Source of the DNA: Escherichia coli | Lineage (GTDB): Bacteria > Pseudomonadota > Gammaproteobacteria > Enterobacterales > Enterobacteriaceae | Assembly (NCBI RefSeq): GCF_022846255.1 | Contig: NZ_AP025682.1 | Direction: 5' to 3' (one strand) | Length of the DNA stretch: 64,000 nt | Shown: positions 1 through 7,592 of the stretch, piece after piece | Layout: every line of letters begins with the position of its first letter | How positions within the stretch are numbered: position 1 is the stretch's first letter | The notes under the pieces: model-generated | Seen by the model: the letters and a program-made list of their open reading frames with translations, nothing else | Told to the model about the DNA's origin: nothing | Database searches by the model: none | Translations under genes and position numbers: made by a program

Positions 1-184
1 ACCTCGCACGTTTTGACTCATATTCTGACAACACAGCGACACCTGGGCTAATTCGAAAAACAACGTCCTGCCACCGGATGGTGATGTTAAGGCATCTGAT
101 TCGGCCTGCGCCCTCGCGTAGGCCGAATACAGGATCTGCGCAATCAACGGGTAACAAACAGTTGAGTCAATTCAGTGCGCACTT

Positions 185-1738
185 TTATTTGATATCCTTC
201 ACGCGCATACCGTTGAGCTGTTCATCCGTAATGGTGTTGCCCGCTTTGAAGTAATCAACCACCGCGTGATAAACGTAATAACCGCCCGTTGTGTTACGCG
301 CTTTCCCTTCGGTAAAGGCGGTAAAACCATCTCCACCATCAGCAAGGAAACTCTGAGTAGCAATGTGATAAACCGTCGCATCTTCAATGGGTTTGCCATT
401 CAGAGTCAGTGTGATTACCCGCTGACCAACCGGCTTGCTGCTGTCGTACTTCATTTCCAGGCCTTTCGATACCTGTAAAACGCCATTGCTTAAACTTGCG
501 CCGTGTTCCATCAGACTGCGTAATTGTTTACCCGTGAGTTCCATCGTCACCAGTTCGTTGGGGAACGGGAACGTACTGATAACGCCGCCCATCGTGATCG
601 CCCCTGCGGGGATCTCATTGCGGATACCACCAGAGTTTGTTAACGCCAGTTGGGTATTTTTACCCGCTGCTGCCAGTAAAGCGTCAGCCGCCAGGTTCCC
701 GAGGGAAGCCGATTCACCATAGGCACGTTTTAATTCAACCGGCGATTGCGCCACCGTTTGTTGCACCACTTCATCAAGCTTTTTATTCCAGCCGTCGATC
801 ACCTGTTTCGTTTGCGGATCGGGCTTCCACTCGTCAGCGTAAATGGTTTTAAGCTCGAAGTTTTTCACCGTAAAATTATGCGGCTTCTCTTTGTAGTCGA
901 GAACCAGTTTGCCCACATCAATCCCGCCGCTGTCAGTGGAGAGGATGAGCGTATTGCCGACTTTAATCGGTTCCGGCGTACCCACATGTGCATGTCCGGT
1001 GATCAAAATATCCAGCCCTTTCACCTGACTTGCCGTCTGAATATCTTTATCCAACGCGCGACGCACATCTGTGCCTCCCATACTGGACTGGCGGGCCGGA
1101 ACACCTTCATGGATCAGGGCGACGGTCAAATCAACCTTGCCTTTAAGTTCATCGATATAACGTTGTAGCCATTTAATTTCATCACGCGCCTCAATACCCA
1201 CTCGCGTGGCAGCAGATACTGTGTCATTAAAGGCAAATACACCGTGCAAACCTATAACGCCTATTTTCACACCGTCTTTTTCGATGATGGTATAGGGCTT
1301 ATCCCAGAATGATTTACTGCTGTTCTGATAAAAAACATTGCCCTGCACAATCGGGAATTTTGCCTGACTCAACTGTAATAATGTGTTGTCCCAGCCGTGG
1401 TCAAATTCATGGTTGCCTATCGTGACGGCATCAAACGGCATAGTATTCATAATATCGATAATAGCCTTACCTTTGGTCAGGCTGCTGATATATGGCCCGG
1501 TAAAATAGTCGCCCGCATCAAAAAACCATGTCGCTTTATTTTTTGCTTTTTCTTGCTTAACCAGCGTAGTGATATTTGCCCAGCCGCCAATATCCCGTTT
1601 ACCGTTCGCAATCCACGGCACTTTATAAGGCTCTACATGTGCATGGAGGTCGTTAGTATAAATAATGGTGACATCTTTGGCGCAAGCCCAGAACGGCAAT
1701 GTTAATGCGATACCCGCAGCAAGTATTTTAATTTTCAT
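185..1738 (-). CDS. secreted UshA-family metallophosphoesterase / 5'-nucleotidase, paralog 1 (ORF extends to TTG at 1744; first ATG at 1738)
   Basis: N-terminal signal peptide; calcineurin-like phosphoesterase motifs [35 protein letters not shown]; long C-terminal domain as in 5'-nucleotidases; SD-like AAGGGA upstream of ATG. Confidence 0.8.
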   Translation of the reverse strand: MKIKILAAGIALTLPFWACAKDVTIIYTNDLHAHVEPYKVPWIANGKRDIGGWANITTLVKQEKAKNKATWFFDAGDYFTGPYISSLTKGKAIIDIMNTMPFDAVTIGNHEFDHGWDNTLLQLSQAKFPIVQGNVFYQNSSKSFWDKPYTIIEKDGVKIGVIGLHGVFAFNDTVSAATRVGIEARDEIKWLQRYIDELKGKVDLTVALIHEGVPARQSSMGGTDVRRALDKDIQTASQVKGLDILITGHAHVGTPEPIKVGNTLILSTDSGGIDVGKLVLDYKEKPHNFTVKNFELKTIYADEWKPDPQTKQVIDGWNKKLDEVVQQTVAQSPVELKRAYGESASLGNLAADALLAAAGKNTQLALTNSGGIRNEIPAGAITMGGVISTFPFPNELVTMELTGKQLRSLMEHGASLSNGVLQVSKGLEMKYDSSKPVGQRVITLTLNGKPIEDATVYHIATQSFLADGGDGFTAFTEGKARNTTGGYYVYHAVVDYFKAGNTITDEQLNGMRVKDIK

Positions 1739-1797
1739 AAACAATCCCTTTCAGTGAGATAAAGGATTGCTACATTACGTTCTGAAAGACTTATTTA

Positions 1798-1813
1798 TGT
1801 GAGAGTAATCACA
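1798..1813. promoter_or_regulatory. candidate CRP binding site TGTGAgagtaaTCACA in divergent promoter region
   Basis: both half-sites match consensus TGTGA-N6-TCACA exactly; centred about 65 bp from each flanking start codon. Confidence 0.6.
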
Positions 1814-1870
1814 TCCGCAGGGGATAGTTGCCGGACAAAATCAACGACCTTGTGAAATCGTTGGTGATAT

Positions 1871-2995
1871 ATGTCGACTCTGTTTACGATTAATGCCTGT
1901 AAAACGTTCGGTTGCCGAAATTTGGGATTGGCCTCATCGGAAGATTACAGTTGGCCAGACTATAAACTGGGTTATCCGGCACTGCACTGTCGGGCATGTG
2001 GAAGTTACCCGCCGTTGTTTGACGAACAGCAATTTCGTGACTGGTTGTCAGTTCACTTATCTACTTTTGCAACTGAGAAAGGTCATTTCTGCCCGGTATG
2101 TTATGGCACAGACATGATTTGTTATGGTCACAATCCACAGGGTTCGCAACGCATTCAATGCCGTAACTGCAAAAAAGTCTGGACGCCTAAAAAATATCAG
2201 AAAGAAATTACGCATCCCCAGGCCATTGAAACCGTTCAACTGTTCATACCCTTTCAAGGGGCCAGTGCAGTACAAAAACTGTATGTTTTAGTCAGTCTTG
2301 ACGCCACTCGTGGCAACATTCTTCATCTCTCCACGAATTATACGCAACATCAGACAGGAGACAGTCTGCGGTACAGTTACAAGGGCAACACAGAACCAAC
2401 TATGCACCATCGCGATATCGTGCAGAAGGTAGATATGCGTGAAGCGCAATTCTTGCGCCGGAGCCAGTTCGATGAAATTCAGTATGGCAGTGCTGTACTC
2501 AAGCGCAACGGTAAGGGAGCCATACTACGCCCGGTTATCACGGCACACGGGCATTTCAGAATACTGAAAATCCGCTATCCAGATGTCAAAACGCATATTA
2601 TTTCACACGAATGTTTTCTAAGAGGCGCAATTATTACAGCCTGGGCAGATCAGTTCCGCCAACAACAAGGTGAACTTTGGTTCGTAGAAGAAGAAATCAG
2701 TGACAGTAACGCTGATACGCCCTGGCATTTTAAGGGAACGACATACCATGGTTGGTGGCAAAATCAGTGGCAGCGCTGGGAGCAGGGGAATAACTGCAAG
2801 ATGGTCTGCCTACTCACGGGAGCCTGCTTAGAAAGGGGCGCAAATGTTTCTCTGGCAACCAGTCGTTGTTTTATCACATGGCTGACAGACCAACACGACT
2901 TTACCCAAAGCGCGTTATTATCCGCAGGTCGCGTAACACAAATGCTGACCTCACTGGCGTTAAAATACAATGAATCGCTCACTCCATCTTGTTAG
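1871..2995 (+). CDS. zinc-ribbon protein of unknown function; second Cys cluster resembles IS1 InsA / transposase-type zinc ribbon; possibly transposase-derived
   Basis: 374-aa ORF; C-x4-C...C-x2-C and CPVC-x19-CRNC-x3-W motifs in first 100 aa; no terminal inverted repeats seen around it. Confidence 0.5.
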   Translation: MSTLFTINACKTFGCRNLGLASSEDYSWPDYKLGYPALHCRACGSYPPLFDEQQFRDWLSVHLSTFATEKGHFCPVCYGTDMICYGHNPQGSQRIQCRNCKKVWTPKKYQKEITHPQAIETVQLFIPFQGASAVQKLYVLVSLDATRGNILHLSTNYTQHQTGDSLRYSYKGNTEPTMHHRDIVQKVDMREAQFLRRSQFDEIQYGSAVLKRNGKGAILRPVITAHGHFRILKIRYPDVKTHIISHECFLRGAIITAWADQFRQQQGELWFVEEEISDSNADTPWHFKGTTYHGWWQNQWQRWEQGNNCKMVCLLTGACLERGANVSLATSRCFITWLTDQHDFTQSALLSAGRVTQMLTSLALKYNESLTPSC

Positions 2996-3114
2996 TCAAT
3001 ACACTCGACAAACGACCATAAATTAAGAGAGAGCACTACCTTTCATTTAATTAAATATATAAATGTATGACCGTGAAATATAATCATGGTCAATGTTTAA
3101 TTAATAACATTATT

Positions 3115-3130
3115 TGTTACTAAGATCACA
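3115..3130. promoter_or_regulatory. weak CRP-like site TGTTActaagaTCACA upstream of nucleotidase paralog 2
   Basis: one perfect half-site, one with a G-to-T change; about 100 bp upstream of start codon. Confidence 0.3.
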
Positions 3131-3162
3131 CAATACTTTTCTGAACTATGCTTACATAAAAT

Positions 3163-3179
3163 AAGACACGATGTGTCTT
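3163..3179 (+). terminator. hairpin aagacac-gat-gtgtctt followed by T-rich tract
   Basis: 7-bp stem, 3-nt loop, then tttatttaaa; lies between zinc-ribbon gene and paralog 2. Confidence 0.35.
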
Positions 3180-3224
3180 TTATTTAAATAATTCAACAAA
3201 TGTAACACACCCTATCCAGGAGGG

Positions 3225-4778
3225 ATGATGAAAACTGTATTTACAACATTATCAGTCATATTCGGCGTGATATTTTCTCACAGTGTTCTAGCTCAGGACG
3301 TTACTATTTATTATACGAATGACATTCACGCACATGTCAATCCGGCAAAAATCATCGCTGTTGATAAGAACAGACTTATAGGTGGTATGGCTAATATTGC
3401 AGGCATCGTTAATGAAGCGAAGAAAAAAAGCAAAGATGTGTTTTTCTTTGATGCAGGCGACTATTTTACCGGGCCGTATATCAGCACCCTGACCAAAGGT
3501 GAAGCTATTATTGATATCATGAACACTATGCCCTTTGATGCGGTGTCTGTTGGTAATCACGAGTTCGATCACGGTGTGCCCAATATGGTGTCTCAGTTAT
3601 CAAAAGCAAAATTTCCCATTCTGCTGGGAAATATCTACTACACCGATACGAATAAACCAGTTTGGGATCATCCGTGGACCATTATCGAAAAAGATGGTTT
3701 AAAGATTGGTGTGATTGGATTGCATGGCGCATTCGCTTTCTATGATACAGTCGCGGCAAAAGCACGTGAAGGCGTAGAAGCCAGAGACGAAATTAAATAT
3801 TTAAATAAAGCACTTGCAGAATTAAAAGGTAAAGTCGACATTACCGTTTTGCTAATTCACGAAGGTGTCCCGGCGCGTCAATCAAGCTTTGGTAGTAAAG
3901 ATGTGGAGCGGCTACTACAGGCAGATATTGAGACAGCTAAAAAAGTGAATGGTGTTGATGTCTTAATTACCGGTCACGCACATGTCGGAACACCGCAACC
4001 AATAAAAGTTAATAACACATTAATTGTATCTACCGATGCATACGGCACCAACATCGGAAAACTTGTGCTTGATTACAATCCGAAAACGAAGAAAATTGAT
4101 AGTTATAATGGTGAGTTAATCACCATCTTTGCAGATCAATTTAAACCTGACACCATCGTTCAAAATACTATTGATAAATGGAGTGCAAAGCTTAACAAAA
4201 TAACACAGGAAGTTGTCGGCCATTCTCCCGTAGTTTTAACACGTGAGTATGGTAGTTCCTCTTCTACCGGCAACCTTATTCTTGATGCAATGATGGAAAA
4301 AACACCTGATGCCGTTGCCGGATTTCAAAATAGCGGTGGGATGCGAGCTGATTTTCCTAAAGGCGATATCACACTGGGAGATGTTATTAGCACATTCCCC
4401 TTTAATAATGACCTCATCGAGATGGATTTGACGGGCCGCGATCTCAAATCATTGATGACGCATGCAACCAATCTAACTAACGGTGTGTTACAAGTTTCTA
4501 AAAGTGTTGCGGTTGTCTATGACAGCAAAAAACCACTCAACCAACGGTTAATCTCTTTCACCATTAACGGCAAACCCGTGGAAGATAATCAAACATATCG
4601 TATTGCCACGCACTCCTTTTGTGCCAGTGGTGGTGACGGTTTTGAAGCATTTTTGAATGGAAAAAATGTGAAAACGATACCGGGAACAACCTCGGCGGAA
4701 TCTATCATCGATTATTTCAAAAATCACAAGCCTATCACCCCAGACTTAACTAAACGAGTCATGGACGTCGCCAAATAA
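3225..4778 (+). CDS. secreted UshA-family metallophosphoesterase / 5'-nucleotidase, paralog 2 (start may be second ATG at 3228)
   Basis: signal peptide ending VLA-QDV; motifs [35 protein letters not shown]; AT-rich coding sequence. Confidence 0.8.
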   Translation: MMKTVFTTLSVIFGVIFSHSVLAQDVTIYYTNDIHAHVNPAKIIAVDKNRLIGGMANIAGIVNEAKKKSKDVFFFDAGDYFTGPYISTLTKGEAIIDIMNTMPFDAVSVGNHEFDHGVPNMVSQLSKAKFPILLGNIYYTDTNKPVWDHPWTIIEKDGLKIGVIGLHGAFAFYDTVAAKAREGVEARDEIKYLNKALAELKGKVDITVLLIHEGVPARQSSFGSKDVERLLQADIETAKKVNGVDVLITGHAHVGTPQPIKVNNTLIVSTDAYGTNIGKLVLDYNPKTKKIDSYNGELITIFADQFKPDTIVQNTIDKWSAKLNKITQEVVGHSPVVLTREYGSSSSTGNLILDAMMEKTPDAVAGFQNSGGMRADFPKGDITLGDVISTFPFNNDLIEMDLTGRDLKSLMTHATNLTNGVLQVSKSVAVVYDSKKPLNQRLISFTINGKPVEDNQTYRIATHSFCASGGDGFEAFLNGKNVKTIPGTTSAESIIDYFKNHKPITPDLTKRVMDVAK

Positions 4779-4818
4779 AATCTCATTTATCAGTCAATTT
4801 ATTTAACAAGGAATGTGA

Positions 4819-6438
4819 ATGAAAACAGCGCAGTGTACTTTACTTGCCGCAACATTGCTGACTATTTTTTCGACCTCAGTCATGGCGCAGGATGTCACGA
4901 TTATTTATACCAATGATCTTCACGCTCATGTGGATTCCTATAAAGTACCGTATGTCGCAGACGGAAAACGCGACATTGGTGGCTTTGCCAATATATCCAC
5001 GTTAGTAAAACAAGAGAAAGCCAAAAATAAAGCCACCTTTTATTTTGATGCTGGAGACTATTTCACCGGGCCATATATCAGTAGCCTGACAAAGGGCGAA
5101 GCAATAATTGATATTATGAATACCATGCCTTTTGACGCAGTATCAATCGGTAATCATGAGTTTGACCATGGCTGGGATAATGCCCTCCGACAATTAAGCA
5201 AAGCGAATTTCCCTGTTTTATTAGGCAATGTTTATCATAAAGAGAGTGAGAAACCCTTCTGGAACAAGCCCTACACCATCCTGGAAAAAGATGGCATCAA
5301 GATTGGTATTGTTGGGCTACACGGCGTATTTGCATTTAATGACACGGTCTCGGAGCTCTCTCTCCAGGGACTCGATAATGACAATAATAACCGATTTGAT
5401 AAATCTTCCGCGACCCTCAAGAATCAGGGGATTGAAGCACGTGATGAAGTGAAGTATTTGCAGCATTATATCGATGAGTTACGTGATAAGGTTGACCTCA
5501 CCGTGGCGCTGGTTCATGAAGGCGTACCGGCGCGTCAGTCCAGCATTGGCAATACAGATGTTAGACGTGCGCTGGATAAAGATATTCAAACCGCAAGCAA
5601 GGTGAAAGGATTGGATATTCTGATTACCGGGCATGCCCACGTCGGAACGCCAGAACCAATCAAAGTCGGCAACACCTTAATCCTTTCGACTGACAGTGGC
5701 GGTATCGATATTGGTAAATTAATCCTTGATGTCAACCCTACAGCTCGTACTCATAAAGTGAAGAGCTTTGAGCTGAAAACGGTTTATGCCGATGAATGGA
5801 TACCCGATCCAACCACACAAAAAGTTATCAATGGCTGGAATAAAAAACTGGCGGATCTTGTACGCCAACCAGTCGGTGAATCATCGATTGCATTAACTCG
5901 TGCCTACGGTGAGTCATCGCAACTTGGCAACCTGTTTACCGATGCAATGCTTGTCGCTGCACCGACTGCACAAATTGCGTTGATAAACTCCGGCAGTTTA
6001 CGTGCTGATATAAATGCAGGCACGATTACCTTTGGTGACATTACCAGTACATTCCCCTTCAAGAATGAACTTACTGAAATGGATCTCAGCGGTAAGGATC
6101 TGCGTAACCTACTGGAACACGGGGCATCGCTTACCAATGGCATCCTGCAAATGTCAAAAGGCGCAGAAATGCGCTATACCCTGCAGAAACCAGTAGGTCA
6201 GCGCATTGTATCTTTTAAAATTAATGGTGAAGAGATCGTTGATACGAATATTTACCATGTTGCGACTACGACTTTCCTTGCACTTGGGGGCGATGGTTTT
6301 CTGGCATTCAAAGAAGGGAAAAATGTCCAGGTCCGCGCCGGAAATAACATGTCCAATGTCGTAATCGATTATTTTAAGAAAGGCCACAAGATTACTCCTG
6401 CACAGGTAAATGAAATGCGGGTAGAAGTAAGCAAATAA
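4819..6438 (+). CDS. secreted UshA-family metallophosphoesterase / 5'-nucleotidase, paralog 3 (carries an 18-aa insertion relative to paralogs 1 and 2)
   Basis: signal peptide ending VMA-QDV; same five phosphoesterase motifs; SD AAGGAA upstream; starts 40 bp after paralog 2. Confidence 0.8.
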   Translation: MKTAQCTLLAATLLTIFSTSVMAQDVTIIYTNDLHAHVDSYKVPYVADGKRDIGGFANISTLVKQEKAKNKATFYFDAGDYFTGPYISSLTKGEAIIDIMNTMPFDAVSIGNHEFDHGWDNALRQLSKANFPVLLGNVYHKESEKPFWNKPYTILEKDGIKIGIVGLHGVFAFNDTVSELSLQGLDNDNNNRFDKSSATLKNQGIEARDEVKYLQHYIDELRDKVDLTVALVHEGVPARQSSIGNTDVRRALDKDIQTASKVKGLDILITGHAHVGTPEPIKVGNTLILSTDSGGIDIGKLILDVNPTARTHKVKSFELKTVYADEWIPDPTTQKVINGWNKKLADLVRQPVGESSIALTRAYGESSQLGNLFTDAMLVAAPTAQIALINSGSLRADINAGTITFGDITSTFPFKNELTEMDLSGKDLRNLLEHGASLTNGILQMSKGAEMRYTLQKPVGQRIVSFKINGEEIVDTNIYHVATTTFLALGGDGFLAFKEGKNVQVRAGNNMSNVVIDYFKKGHKITPAQVNEMRVEVSK

Positions 6439-6514
6439 CAAAAACTTATAATACCATTCATTCACTGGATGACATTATTTCTCTCTAAATCAACAATATA
6501 TAAGAGATATATTT

Positions 6515-7375
6515 ATGTATATAAAAAAGCACTGGATAGCTTTATCCATTCTATTAATACCTTGCATTGGAAACGCTCAGGAAATTAAAATTGATGAAAG
6601 CTCGTTACATCAAAGCTTGAATGTCATTGGTCGCACAGACTCTCGCTTTGGCCCAAGACTGACTAACGACCTCTACCCTGAATATACTGTAGCAGGAAGA
6701 AAAGACTGGTTTGATTTTTATGGTTATGTTGATCTACCGAAATTCTTTGGCGTCGGCAGTCACTATGATGTTGGGATCTGGGATGAAGGCTCACCACTAT
6801 TTACGGAAATAGAACCTCGGTTTTCCATTGACAAATTGACCGGATTAAATCTTGCGTTCGGCCCATTTAAAGAATGGTTCATTGCAAACAACTATGTCTA
6901 TGATATGGGTGACAACCAGTCATCCCGGCAAAGTACATGGTATATGGGGCTTGGTACAGATATCGACACGGGTCTACCAATTAAGCTTTCTGCCAATATA
7001 TACGCCAAGTATCAGTGGCAAAACTATGGTGCCGCTAATGAAAATGAATGGGACGGATATCGATTCAAAATAAAATATAGCATCCCTCTTACAAATTTAT
7101 TCGGAGGGCGATTGGTATACAATAGTTTTACTAACTTTGATTTTGGCTCCGATCTTGCGGACAAGTCACACAATAATAAACGAACCAGTAATGCTATTGC
7201 TTCAAGCCATATCCTTTCCCTTCTATATGAACACTGGAAATTTGCATTTACACTACGTTATTTTCACAACGGTGGACAATGGAATGCGGGAGAGAAGGTT
7301 AACTTCGGAGATGGTCCATTTGAATTAAAAAATACAGGATGGGGAACCTATACTACTATTGGTTATCAATTTTAA
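6515..7375 (+). CDS. Tsx-like nucleoside-specific outer-membrane channel (Tsx/OmpK family paralog)
   Basis: 286 aa, signal peptide, C-terminal Phe; blocks such as [37 protein letters not shown] and [26 protein letters not shown] recalled from Tsx. Confidence 0.7.
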   Translation: MYIKKHWIALSILLIPCIGNAQEIKIDESSLHQSLNVIGRTDSRFGPRLTNDLYPEYTVAGRKDWFDFYGYVDLPKFFGVGSHYDVGIWDEGSPLFTEIEPRFSIDKLTGLNLAFGPFKEWFIANNYVYDMGDNQSSRQSTWYMGLGTDIDTGLPIKLSANIYAKYQWQNYGAANENEWDGYRFKIKYSIPLTNLFGGRLVYNSFTNFDFGSDLADKSHNNKRTSNAIASSHILSLLYEHWKFAFTLRYFHNGGQWNAGEKVNFGDGPFELKNTGWGTYTTIGYQF

Positions 7376-7472
7376 ATTAGGTGACATTTTAGATATTGTT
7401 ACTTAATGTCATTTTGTAATTGTCATTAATAACTTCACCATTCACTCTGTTACTTCATCGCTCAACACAAAA

Positions 7473-7492
7473 GCCCCCTTATTACCGGGGGC
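7473..7492 (-). terminator. hairpin gccccc-N8-gggggc with T-rich tract on the minus strand
   Basis: inverted repeat followed on minus strand by ttttgtgtt. Confidence 0.35.
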
Positions 7493-7556
7493 ACTGACCA
7501 AAGGCAAAATGACAATCAATCACCACTTCCCCAGGAAGAGGTTTCGGGGTGACAAC

Positions 7557-7583
7557 AAAAGCTGGCAACTGCCAGCTTTTGTT
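7557..7583. terminator. bidirectional intrinsic terminator between Tsx-like gene and metL
   Basis: 8-bp stem agctggca/tgccagct flanked by an A-run and a T-run. Confidence 0.6.
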
Positions 7584-7592
7584 CAATAATCA

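Noticed and set aside
99-128. Extended inverted repeat (attcggcctgcg...cgcgtaggccgaat) downstream of nucleotidase 1 as an intrinsic terminator
   Set aside because: No U tract follows on either strand; it may be a REP-like element or a Rho-dependent or structural feature, so it is not called.
3-251. Open reading frame entering the window from the left on the plus strand
   Set aside because: It has no start in the window, overlaps the 3' end of nucleotidase 1 and has a protein-unlike translation; probably not coding.
1850-1866. Second CRP-like motif TGTGAaatcgtTGGTG next to the zinc-ribbon gene start
   Set aside because: The second half-site does not match TCACA; only the site at 1798-1813 is retained.
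1871-2995. Zinc-ribbon ORF as an intact insertion sequence
   Set aside because: No terminal inverted repeats or target duplication found in the flanks and no clear DDE triad; treated as a gene of unknown function.
3068-3092. Imperfect palindrome TGACCGTGA-N7-TCATGGTCA upstream of nucleotidase 2 as a defined operator
   Set aside because: Spacing does not fit CRP and I cannot assign it to a known regulator; it is noted only as a possible operator.
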